Part shown: piece after piece, positions 52,270-64,000 of the stretch
How the letters are laid out: every line of letters begins with the position of its first letter
How positions within the stretch are numbered: position 1 is the stretch's first letter
Source of the DNA: Euprymna scolopes
Taxonomy: Eukaryota
DNA: 64,000 bases
Reading direction: 5' to 3' (one strand)
Assembly (NCBI GenBank): GCA_053919585.1
Contig: CM132821.1
The notes under the pieces: model-generated
Told to the model about the DNA's origin: nothing
Databases searched by the model: none
Seen by the model: the letters and a program-made list of their open reading frames with translations, nothing else
Made by a program: the position numbers and the translations under genes

Positions 52270-52660
52270 TAGTAAGTTATAAAATATATATGGCGATTAC
52301 GCTACGCTGAATATTCCGCGTTTCATCCACTGTAGGACACTTCAGACTTATGCGCGAATTGTGTGGTTGTTTGTCGTTTTTATATACGAATCTTCTATTG
52401 AGATACTAGAAAGCTGATTGGCTAACTAAAATCTCAACAGAAGATGCGTATATAAAAAAGACAAACAACCAAAAAACTCGCGCATAAGCCTGAAGAGTCC
52501 TATAGTGAATGAACGCGGAATATTCAGTGTAGCTTAATCGCCATATATACTTTATAACTTACTAATGTATAACATACAAACTAGCGCTACCTACGTATTG
52601 GGCACTTTTGAAGTAAATACTTAAAGTTTACGCATTAATTTATACTTTCCTATATTAATA
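52270..52660. mobile_element. PLE-type terminal repeat with a ~118-bp inverted partial copy; two decayed HHRs (52297-52350 minus, 52485-52536 plus)
   Basis: Arms ~52270-52388 and ~52447-52564 are reverse complements; homologous to 47870-48228. Confidence 0.75.
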
Positions 52661-54095
52661 NNNNNNNNNNNNNNNNNNNNNNNNNNNNNNNNNNNNNNNN
52701 NNNNNNNNNNNNNNNNNNNNNNNNNNNNNNNNNNNNNNNNNNNNNNNNNNNNNNNNNNNNNNNNNNNNNNNNNNNNNNNNNNNNNNNNNNNNNNNNNNNN
52801 NNNNNNNNNNNNNNNNNNNNNNNNNNNNNNNNNNNNNNNNNNNTAATTCTGTTAACGATAAAACCGGATGACGCCCAGACCGAGACTTGCCAGTTTATAA
52901 AAGAGTCGGCCTTGCTAACTTCTTGGGTAAAATCTGAGTGCTGAGAAGAACAGTTGAATTGACAATCTAATTTTGTCGGACGCCGACATATTGGATTTAC
53001 ACAATTGTAAATTCTTATGCGGTTCTTGCAGTGGACGGTTTCGCTTTACACAAAACTCATCCAAAGATACCCAACATATCTAGTCACACAGAAACTATCT
53101 GTTTCGTTGTATTCAAGCTATTATTTTCAGTTATACAGGTAGCTGTATCGTTGGGAGACATAAAGTCAATGAAAGGTAGAGCAGGTAGAGAAATAAACAG
53201 TATTAGTAAATTAGATAATATAAATTAAAAAAATACACTTGCAAACACATACAATCAAACAAGTAACGATAGTTTTCTATCTGCATAACACCAATAATAT
53301 TATATATACCGGGGTTATACAACATACACCCATGCATACTAACGTACGGACGTCCTCACAATGCGCAAATCATAGGACGCATAGCTGGAAATTACCATAA
53401 CCAGTTTACATCAATGTACGTGTTAATTGCATTGTCGAATCATATTAGTTCCGCTCAAGAGCTGACCCCACAGATGACCAATCGAACGCTACGACACAAA
53501 AGAAAAATTGTCTGCGTTCAAAATGTTCTTCCGAAAGGCAATTCTTCACGTCACGTCGCGTGCATTCATTCTTGGCCCGTTAACCTGGCACGTCTCATCT
53601 CCACAAATTGAAGAGTCTTCAACGCGACACCTCCTAACGAACAGCACGCTTCATACACATCGTTTTCCTACCAAAGCATGCTTAAGCTAACACCAATTCA
53701 TAGTTTGTAATTCGTCGCATATATTAATTGTATCTATGTTTATTTCTCTCTCGGATATATGCGTATGGTATATCAACAGAAGTATGTGTTTGTATGCTTG
53801 TGTGATTTTGTGTATATTAGTAGGGTGTTTTTTCCAATTATGTTTGTTTTAATTTTGTTTTCCAATTATGTTTGTTTAAAAATTGAGGATTTGCTTTTGT
53901 ATTATTGTGCATTTGTGTATTATGCGCATAAAAAATGCAAAACTGTCGCAACATTGACTTATCTAGCTACAACCGCTACAATAATTGTGCATACGCTATG
54001 CGTCTTGTTTAAAAAGCTAATTCAATGAACAAGAATACTATTGTTAAACTGCCGCCTGTTGAAGTCTGTATATGAATCTGCTTCCTAGAAGACTA

Positions 54096-54470
54096 CAGTG
54101 TATAACGATAAAATTATCACCATATTTAAAACAAAAATATAGATTTATTTTTAAACTTTTATAGAAAATATAAATTCAGGTTACTTGATTATGTTACACA
54201 GATGACATCTATTCAATGCAAGCGCCTTCAGCTTCAGTCACCGTCTCGACACGGCCACAAACGCTGGTGGCAGCTCGGTGACTACTCGCGGATGGCGACG
54301 ATTAGGCTGGTTCCAGTGTTGTGGGACATCATGTTTGTGATGTTCACAACGTTCGACCAAACGAAGTAATCCAGAGGGTTCATGTCAGGGGGGGGCGGAG
54401 TTCAGTATGGGAAGGATATACATTCGTAGCACTTCCTGCATCTATTTGGACTTGTGAGCTTGCATTGTAA
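54096..54470 (-). mobile_element. DD37D (maT-type) transposon 3' end
   Basis: Minus strand PDMNPLDYFVWSNVVNITNMMSHN; TIR-like TA|cagtgtataacgataaaatt; related to 46138-46991. Confidence 0.7.
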
Positions 54471-56044
54471 ATGAACACAATAATAAGCTATTATCTTTAA
54501 CCGTATGTGATTTCTGTGGTGAGAACAAAGATATTTTATATAATCCCGTTTTGGTGTTACCGTCTGCAAGTATAATGTATTCTCAGTTTTTTGTTCTGTG
54601 CTTCAAAAGAAGCGTGTCATAGCTTCCCTTTGCGGTATGAATACCTACTTTAAACTTGGGGGTGACTAACGTATAAACGCAGATCTCCTGTTGTTTCTAA
54701 ATACTTCAACAAATTATCCTCTGTAAAATCTATCTCTACAGAGGAACAATGTCTATATGAAGTTATATGCATGGAAACGGGATTGGCCTCTTGGAATGTT
54801 TAGCCGGATAATGTATGATTTATTACTTATACATGATGAAAAATATTCCCGCTTTTTTCTCCGAATAAATGATCGATATAATTTTGTCAGAGATCATGTA
54901 AATGTTACTTATATGTGATGGGACTGTTCCGTCATAATGACATTCTTTAAATGATTTTATTAGCGATGAGGAGGTTTACTTAACAATTATGCGCGGGTAA
55001 TAGCAATAGATAGACATACAACAAGTAACACACAATCATATCATGGAACACATTAAAGATAATTCCGACCATAGTTCGTGAGAAATATATTTTTGAGTGT
55101 TCGATCGTATATAGCGGTGTTTAATCGTATCTACTTTATATTAAAATTAAAACGGATTACGATATTTATCCAATGTATTAGGCAAACTGACGAGACATCA
55201 GCTTGGATACGCGAATATATATCTGAAAGGAGAAGCCATTATATCAAGGAATGAAACAAAGGTTATGTGTGTCGACTGAAGCTATATTTTGTGATTTTAT
55301 ATATGCATATATGGATTCAACATCATCGTAAATATACACGAGTTTCCCTCTTGTATGTATCGATTTTTTATATCGCTGGTTCGAAGTGAAAGCAATTCCA
55401 TGATAAATATCTTATCGCCTGTGCATAGGATTGATTTGTTATTCATTTTCCTTTATTTTTTTCCTTTCTAAAATGTTTGGACTTGTTCCTATTCCAAGTG
55501 AGTGTTTTTTTCTTAGTACACTTTACGTTTTTCCATTTACACTAGTAAAAGCAAAACATCATCTTCTTAATAATATTCGGATAATCCATCTCGTTGAGAT
55601 TTTTGTAACCCTATCGAATATGGATTCAGGCATACAGCTATATATTAATACATAGAAAGGAACATGACGCTAACCAGAAATGAGATATTCTGTTTTTTAT
55701 CTATTGGGAAATTATGCTGAAATAAAAACGAATCTTTAATACAAATCAATTGAATTTGTGAGTGTTGCAATGCACATATAACAGTTTTTATTGTATTAAA
55801 TAAAAACATTAGTAAATGCATGATAGTGCATTTTATACGATATGCTAAATTTTATTTGCAATAAAAAAAAACATCTTCGATAAATTACCCACTGCTGGTG
55901 AATACTCTTTGTTCATTCGTAGATTCTCAAATTATTTGCAATGAGAAACGACGCCAGGTGCGATTAGTACGCCTTTTGTGAATACTTATAAAGTTGCTGT
56001 CTACAGCGAAACTTGAATAGGGCTAACCACTTCCCTAGATGAGT

Positions 56045-58655
56045 TTATAATTAACGGATACTCTAATTTAACATCTAAATCTGACCTCCAAGATCGCCAT
56101 GGGTATGGAATGTGTGCCAACATTAAAGATGGCTTCCCGTGTGGCATGGATATCTCCGGAGAAGATCCTAATTTACCCTATATGTGCTTCCGGGTTGCAC
56201 TTGCTTACACCACTGCATTTTTATTTGCCCTCTATCGGCCACATAACAGCGGAATTACTATCTTTAAGAGCATATCTGAGAAAATAGACCATATACTGTC
56301 TGCACATCTATCGGCTTACATACACATCTGTGGTGACTTCAACGTCCATAACGTGTAATGGCTGACCCATTCAAATAAGACAGACGATGAGGGAAGGTTT
56401 TGTCATGATTTTGCCATTGCTTATGACCTCACTTAGATTGTTCGCAAACCCACCGTGTGCCCGATACTACTGGTCAATATGCAAGCCTCCTAGACCTTAT
56501 TTTCTCAACTTCCCCTGAGCTATTTTCATGTTCCCTTCATTCTCCTCTAGGATCCTCCGACGACTCCGTCGTATCAGTTCAGATAAAAATTAAATGTAAT
56601 AAGTCCCAAGATGTACCCCTCCACATTACTGTATACCTATACTATATGGTTGACTGGGATAGCTTCCGTACATTCTTATCTGTTTTACCTCTGCATTCTA
56701 TGTTTAAAAAGGAGGGGTCCTCTATAGTATCCGATCTGACCGAATGGTTAACTGTAAGCATAAGCAAATTCCAACCATCTAAAAAATTCCAACAAAAACC
56801 TAACAGCCAGCCATAGTTTTCCCCAGAATATGCTGCTGCTATTGGACACAGACATCACTTTTTCCACAACTACCAATGAAATAGATGGACTGTGACTCTA
56901 GCTGATTTCAGAAACGCCATAAACCTCTGTAAAAGAGTAATAAAAATGCAAGAGAGCTATATGCTCAGTGTTTAATCCAAAGTAGTTGATCAGCGGCTTA
57001 ATTCCCACCAGTTTTGGCAAATAGCAAATAGGATCCTGAACAGAAGTGTGCGTTCTATACCAACCATTATCAATGGACCAGAGGTCATCTCGTCAGCATC
57101 AGACAATGCCAAACTATTTGCAAAGAACTTTGCAGCTAATTCTACCCTATGCGACAAAGGCCACCAACTCCCCATCCTTCCTCCTATAACACGGAACACG
57201 CTTGGTAACATACAAATATCGGGGCATAGGAGCGCAAAGCTAATCAAAAACCTTGGTTCCAGTAAAGCAACGGGCCCTGACGGCATCCCAATTATAGTGT
57301 TAAAAAAGCTTCACCCAGAACTTGCTCCCATACTTACAAAACTTTTTAAGTGTTGCCTTAAGGAGAAGTGCTTTCCGACTCCCTAGAAAACCTCATCAGT
57401 ATGCCCTGTATTTAAGACTTCAGTTGATAAGTCATCTTCCTCTCAGTACATACCAATAAGTCTCCTGTGTGTTATGAGTAAGTTGCGGGAATCCGTATTA
57501 AATAGAGAAATAGTAAAGCACCTCAGCAGAAATAACCTTCTTAGTGACACACAATATGGTTTCCGTTCTGCAAGATCTATCGCAGATGTGCTAACGGTTA
57601 TATCTCAAAGGATTAGTAAATCTCTTTACAAAGGCTTTTTTCTAGGGCAATTGCTCTTGACATATCAAAGACCTTCGACAAGGTATGGCATAAGGGGCTA
57701 CTTCACAAGATTTCCAGCTACGGTATAACTGGAAATGTTTTCTCAATCATTAAATAATTTCTCTCCGATAGGCTCATAAGAGTAGTGGTCGATGGACAAA
57801 AATCAGAGGCCTGCAGTATTAATGCTGGAGTCCCTCAAGGGTCAATCCTTGATCCAACTCTCTTCTTGATCTACATCAATGATCTCCCTAAACACATACT
57901 TAAATCATTTGTTGACATCTATGCTGATGACACGACAATCTACGGAAACAAATCAAAGGCTGTAAACGACAAAGTTCTCTCTGATTCTCTCTCGTCTGAT
58001 CCCGAGCGCGTGGTTTGTGGGGGAAGACGTGGCTGGTTACCTTTAATGCATCTAAAACCAAACTCCTATTTTTACATCATAAACGTTCTGATCCTCATCT
58101 GGCATCAATTGAAATGGATGACTCTCGTCTAGGAGAAGCCCCTGTTTTGACAAGCTTCTGGGTGTGTCCTTTACTCCCGATCTGAAATGGAACACGTACA
58201 TCAAGTATGTTGCCAAGTCGCTGGAAAGATGGTGGTATCCTTCTACCGCTCCAGAAGATATCTCACTACTGATGCAATTATCTTTCTATATAAAAGCAAA
58301 GTACGTCCAAGGATGGAATACTGCTGCCATATCTGGGAAGGAGCTGATAAAAACACCCTATCCTGCCTTGCCATAGTACAAAATATTTATCTGTGCCTAA
58401 ATCAAAACGTAGATTCCATAAACAAAGCTTCTTTTTTAGAACTGCACGCCTGTGGAACTCTGTTCCGTCTGCTTGCTTCATACCTGACTACAACTTGAAT
58501 CTCCTTAAGTCCAACCTTAACAAATTTCTAATGAACCATCCTCTTAAGTAAACACGTTATTATATCTCCACACTAATTGACTGTACTTGCAATAACCCTT
58601 ATCCCTGAGTGGCTTCCGGGCATTGGTAAGTGGTGAACACCGTGTAAAAAAAAAA
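56045..58655 (+). mobile_element. CR1/Jockey-group LINE ORF2 (APE endonuclease + RT), decayed, with 3' UTR and poly-A
   Basis: ICGDFNVH, LDLIFS, PLGSSD, KATGPDGIP, LLSDTQYGFRS, GVPQGSILDPTLFLIYINDL, YADD, VRPRMEYCCHIW; A-tail 58646-58655. Confidence 0.93.
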
Positions 58656-58918
58656 GAATAAAAATACATCTCTAAGAAACCAGTGTGTCTCAAAAGGTTG
58701 TGGTATTTTTCTGATTGATTGCTCTTTGACAGTAAACTCTAAGGGTATTAGTTTCATGCTCTAATACGGCATAATATAAAATGCACTTTAAAAACGGATT
58801 CATGAACAGATGCATCTTTTTTGTTTGAATGCATTTGCGCAAACTGCAACAGATTAATCGGTTCTATTATAAAAGACAGACAAGAAAGACACATACACAC
58901 TCAGCCCCGACTCCCACC

Positions 58919-59131
58919 CGACAAGCTAGTGCAATAAGACTGATCGAGATGCGATATTGCTCAAAACAACAAGGTAGTATAGTAAGAATGACTGAGATGC
59001 GATGTAGCTCAAAACGACAATCTAGTACAATAAGACTGACTGGGATGCGATATAACTTAAAACGACAAGCTAGTACAATAAGACTGACTGAGACGCGATA
59101 TTGCTCAAAACGACAAGGTAGTACAATAAGA
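58919..59131. repeat. 48-bp minisatellite, ~4.4 copies
   Basis: Consensus cgacaagctagtacaataagactgactgagatgcgatattgctcaaaa. Confidence 0.92.
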
Positions 59132-59563
59132 TGCCATATGAGATCACATCAGTGATGCCCTCATGGGGAAATATCATTTCTCTTCCTGCGGAATAATGCG
59201 CAAATATAGACTAGTGAATGGTTCAAAGCAGCAATTGACACACTGAAGTTCTAGAGCAAACTTCACTCTCCCCCAATGGTTTACTTCTGCTTGCGCAGCT
59301 TCCATTGTGCTGAGGATATATTATTGCCGCAGCTTTATCCGGAATAAGTCCAGTAAAACCGATAAAAAGTTTATAGATTCAAGAAGTAATTGAAAGAAAG
59401 AATTGGCGAAAACTAAGCGAGAATGTAACGAAATCAACAGACAATGCATCGAAGCGTAGAAATTAGGAACTCGTCATGTGTGAAAAAAATTACAACAATT
59501 TAGGAAATAATAACTAGACAACAATTCCCTCAGTATCATACAATCATGAGGTGATTTGCATGT

Positions 59564-59630
<67 letters not shown>

Positions 59631-59631
<1 letters not shown>

Positions 59632-59847
59632 GGGGTGACCAAAAAAAAACGGGGCCTAACTCTAATTAGGCCCCGTTTCTTTATGTTTTGTACGAATAAA
59701 ACGAAACTTTGGTCATAACTAGTTTATTATATTCAAAACATCACATCAAAATACTAGGGACTTTGGCCTTTTTTTCTCCGTTCTCCAGCATATGTTCTAG
59801 ATGACCTCCATTTAGCTTTTGTTTTTGTTTTGTTTTTTGTCACCCTG
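59631..59847 (-). mobile_element. 217-bp MITE-like deletion derivative of the DD41D element
   Basis: TA|cggggtgacc...gtcaccctg|TA; body is the reverse complement of 39180-39353, including the last transposase codons. Confidence 0.85.
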
Positions 59848-60054
59848 TATATGCATGTGTGGATGTGGGTCATTTTGTGTATGTGTTGTTAATATTTCAT
59901 ATATTTCCATGTCTTTTAATTGTGAGGCGACATTTTTTTGCGTGTGATTCTGTAGGTTTCCGGGAGAATAATGTGCCTTTTTATAAATTCCCTAACCAAA
60001 TATTAGTTTAATTACGTATTTCAAAGTCCTAGATATTACCTTAACCTAATATTT

Positions 60055-60288
60055 AGGGGGTTGGGGAGTGTGAAGCCACCCTAAAATTGCCATTGCTTCC
60101 AGGCCCACTCTGACCCGGAGTGGTAGTATATGTTAAGGCCCCAACTATGGGTTTAATAGAAACTGACTCTGAAAAAAAAATATATTCTATTATTTTTTTT
60201 CTTCATAATAACTGGATTCGGCATTCAATAACCTGAAAAGGGTTGATATGCCGTAAACCAAAAACAACCAACCAACCAACTAACCAAC
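60055..60288 (+). mobile_element. SINE-like retroposon with (CCAA)n tail (same family as 7135-7404)
   Basis: ccaggcccactctgacccggagtggtagta...ggattcggcatt.aataacc.gaaaagggttgatatgccgtaaa..(ccaa)n. Confidence 0.8.
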
Positions 60289-60334
60289 TTATTTCAATTT
60301 GGTCAGCGTTTTATTTTTTATTTTATTTCTTTCA

Positions 60335-60385
<51 letters not shown>

Positions 60386-60960
60386 CTAAATTTACTTACA
60401 TAAAATAAGATAAATAAAATATATGATTTGCTCTATTTAGTTCAGCGCAATCCACAAGCTTTGGCGGAATCAATGGATTCTAATGTTNNNNNNNNNNNNN
60501 NNNNNNNNNNNNNNNNNNNNNNNNNNNNNNNNNNNNNNNNNNNNNNNNNNNNNNNNNNNNNNNNNNNNNNNNNNNNNNNNNNNNNNNNNNNNNNNNNNNN
60601 NNNNNNNNNNNNNNNNNNNNNNNNNNNNNNNNNNNNNNNNNNNNNNNNNNNNNNNNNNNNNCATAAATTTTCCCATAAATGGTCTTTCGTAAACAGGTGG
60701 GCAATTACCTGATCCTGTGATTTAACCGAAACAGCTATAATGGAAAAATGTATGATGGAATAAAAGAAGGTTATGAACAAATTGTAAGTCTTAGAGTTAT
60801 TGCAAAAAATCTATTCTATATATGCTCTGCTACCGTAAAACATATGCATTGAGATGCATTCTTATTTAATGGTTATTTGGTTTGTTTTCGTTCCAATCTG
60901 TAGACATTAAATAAAAAGGAAAAACATCATTATAAAATAAATATTCACTATATATTCATA

Positions 60961-61014
<54 letters not shown>

Positions 61015-61072
61015 CTGATTGACGTAATGAACATTTAAATTAAAATGTTAAAAATTCAACGCTATTTCACAT

Positions 61073-61216
61073 GGTTAATGGTAGCCGAATGGATACGGTC
61101 TCCGCTAATCGAGCCAGAGATGTCTCGTGTCGCGGGGTTCCAATCGTTCGGCTTGTGTTAATCGTAACACCCTGCACTGAAGAATCCCGAAAGGATGAAA
61201 CACTAGTGTCTGTAGG
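61073..61216 (+). mobile_element. tRNA-head + hammerhead SINE/retrozyme-like unit (family B)
   Basis: A box TAGCCGAATGG (61082-61092), B box-like GGTTCCAATC (61136-61145), hairpin gtgtta-atcg-taacac, then the HHR; lies between two (TA)n tracts. Confidence 0.7.
61171..61216 (+). ncRNA. Type I hammerhead ribozyme with intact core and palindromic stem III
   Basis: cctgca CTGAAGA atcc(cgaaa)ggat GAAA cac(ta)gtg TC tgtagg; predicted cleavage after C61210 (GUC). Confidence 0.88.
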
Positions 61217-61240
61217 TATTTAATTATTATAGTAAAAAAA

Positions 61241-61291
<51 letters not shown>

Positions 61292-63388
61292 TCTTACTAG
61301 ATGACGACTTACATTTTCTTGTGATTGAATGAGGATCAATGAATATTACATACTCCTTATTCTTTTGTTATCATTGAAATCAGTGTAGTCATATAGGGTT
61401 TGTTTATGAAATTTATAGAATGCCTGCTTTATCTGGAGACCAACAGCGGTGCACTGGGGAGAAGTTTCCTATGCATCCCCTTCGTAGTTTCCTTATTTTC
61501 AATAAATATTGTAGGTCTACACTGATAAAAGGAACCATAATGTTGATTTTATAAAATGATTGGTGTATAGCAATTGAATTACGGATAAAATTTAAAATAA
61601 AATAAAGTATCATTGTCTGATTATACTCTAATCAAAAACAGTTATTTTGAACGCACCTATGTCTTATCAAATAACTTACTGTTTATTTAAATCGCCGGAC
61701 CCTTGTACCTCAATAAAAGTGCTCAAGTGATCTTATTATGCGAACTGTATCAGAGTAAAAATCGAACTGTATATTCACATATCGAGTTTTGAATGTCTGA
61801 GGCATTCCGATACAACACCTTTCTAAGAACTCTTCCAGATACGTAAAGTACATTTGTTTGATATTTTATCACGAAATAACTCAAACATAGACAAAGTGTC
61901 TTATATATAAAACTTGAAACGTTAAGATTGTCTCAATTTAATATGTACTCGTTTTATGTGCAAGATGCATGTGTTACCGTAGTTTTTCTTGTCATATCCA
62001 AAGTTATCTATAAATTAGGGATATGATTAAGTTACTACCAGTGCAGCTAGCATGCTGTTTATATTACATATACAGTAATGCGTCTTGTCATGGTCGAAAA
62101 AATGGAACAAGGATAGAAATTCTAAATGTGAGCAATTCGATGCAAACGTCAATATCTTTCTGGTATTTGGGACCTTCTAAAATAAATGTGTGTAATAGTT
62201 TTATGGGGCAAACTTAGCGGTCGTTTTATTGTGATTAAATGAAATGCAACAGATTCTTCGGAGAATATTCCGAGGTAAGTTTTTAAAATAATTACGGTGA
62301 TGCAATATCGCAATACTTTAAACTAGGTAAGACAGTGTTCAAATTATCAAGTCAAAGACTTTTTCCGTTCCTACTAAAAAAAATGGCTAAATATTAGAGG
62401 GATATACCAGATGTGAAGAAAATACTTCATATTCCCGAGTTGAATATAGTAGTGTTATATCATACAAGCAGGTTTAGTTGGCTTACTAGTGCATTAGAGT
62501 GATTCCATTGGCTTTGCGGCAGCCTCGACAGTATCTTCTATATATATTCCTTTATATTCATGTTGTCTATGTGCATTTTGCGTAAGTTTTTGAAATCTAG
62601 ACAAGCAGTTTAACGTGCTCAGTTTTTCATTTCGTGGTTTTCTACTGAGTTCAAATTATTTTTAATGAAACAGTAATCATTCAGCGATAATTGGAGACGG
62701 CGACAGCTTAAAAGTGTTTGCTACAATTTCTTCACGGCTTTTTATCCGTGCCACAAATGATTCTTAATTGTAAATCAATAGATGACGCGTTTGTGAAGTA
62801 TACTGCTTTAGTTTTCTCGTGGAGCGCTAGAAAACACAAATCTAAATTATCATCTCAAAAAAGGCGTCGACACATTGACAACTCTTAATAATTCCTGTCC
62901 GATACCTGCCAAGTCATATTTGGCGTAGTAACTCTAAAAATGTGAACTTCATTAGCTTACTGTTCTCTAGTTGTTGTAGCGACTTAAATCGATCAATTGT
63001 TTGCCATCAAAAATACCCCGTTCGGATGCAATTTAACGTTTTCAATTAAAATAAACGTATCCTCTTTCGCACGTTTAAATTTTCATCTGTCATACAACAT
63101 TTATAGATATAAAACTCTATTTGCTCTACTGAAGATATACTCGAGGCTCCGTGTAACGCTAAACTACTGTCGATACCGAGGTTGGATTCGATAAATGAAT
63201 TCCGAGAATATTTTTTACAAGAATTCTATCAGTATAAACATATCTTCATTTTGTAGACATTTACTCTTTTAAATATGGCAAAATTACTTCATGTTTAACG
63301 CGATATGTTAGCAAGATAATTTATTTTTACACTGTCTAGAATAATAAATAACTTATATGAACCCTGTTTTGTTTCCTAATATAATCTA

Positions 63389-63552
63389 CTAGCAGTTCTG
63401 CCCGGCGATGCTCGGGCCCTATGTACTGTTCATAAAGTCATGTGCACATGTATATATTAAAAAGTATGAATATATAAACTAATGACTTTCTGTAAAATAG
63501 TCAACCATAGAGAAAAGACATACATACATTTTAACTTATATAGATAGATAGA
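63389..63552 (-). mobile_element. Mini non-autonomous Helitron (164 bp), both ends intact
   Basis: Minus strand A|TCTATCTATC...gcccgagcatcgccgggc (hairpin)-agaactg-CTAG|T; inserted in an AT site without TSD. Confidence 0.8.
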
Positions 63553-64000
63553 TTGGATGCAATATATATCAGTGATTTAAAAAGTATAAAAAAGACTCAT
63601 GCGCCACCACCGAGAATCGAAATCCAAACTTCCAGCTCAAGGTTTTGCCTCTGCCCTCAATGACTGGGCTATGAACACATGTTTACTGCGAGGCTAGAAA
63701 TTAAAACATGAACCAATAGCTACTACGTTTCACATTCGTAATGCCGGCGTTCGAGCTTCACCTGGCAAATTATTTTTTCCCCGGGCTAAAACCTGAATAT
63801 AATGTTTTGCATGTGTTACATAGGGTTCTTCATTGAAGGGCACTTTTTACGTTTAGTTGTATACACTGTATAACATCAAAAGATTCCGTGTGCGTATGAT
63901 TGTCTCTAATATAAATGGTTGTGTGTTTGATTATCATAAAGGGAATCGTGTGTGTGACATGTAATTTCTGAACCTACCTCTGCTTCTTCAAAACGGACCA

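Noticed and set aside
58919-59131. Regular repeats as a CRISPR array
   Set aside because: Contiguous units with no unique spacers, no cas genes, eukaryotic context.

Overview
AT-rich, repeat-dominated animal (invertebrate-like) genomic DNA with ten short N-gaps and many (TA)n microsatellites. No intact host gene is recognisable, and most ORFs in the track are microsatellite or gap artefacts or decayed transposon fragments. Mobile elements: an internally deleted Ty3/Gypsy provirus (both LTRs, PPT, PBS, 5-bp TSD) with a LINE nested in its 5' LTR; a decayed CR1/Jockey-group LINE ORF2 plus many 3' fragments; R4/Dong-like RLE-LINE fragments; Penelope-like element (PLE) remnants; Tc1/mariner relics (DD41D, DD37D, DD34D/E) and a MITE; a SINE with TSD; and several non-autonomous Helitron-like repeats. 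The most notable signal is non-coding: at least six distinct families of type I hammerhead ribozyme (HHR) motifs. Two unrelated families place a tRNA-like Pol III head (A box/B box) directly upstream of the HHR. One is a ~325-bp retrozyme-like tandem array (31664-32860) with a dispersed monomer (45590-45895). The other is a stand-alone unit with an intact HHR core (61073-61216). All three insertions lie beside (TA)n tracts. All alignments and folds were done by eye; no database search or folding program was run.
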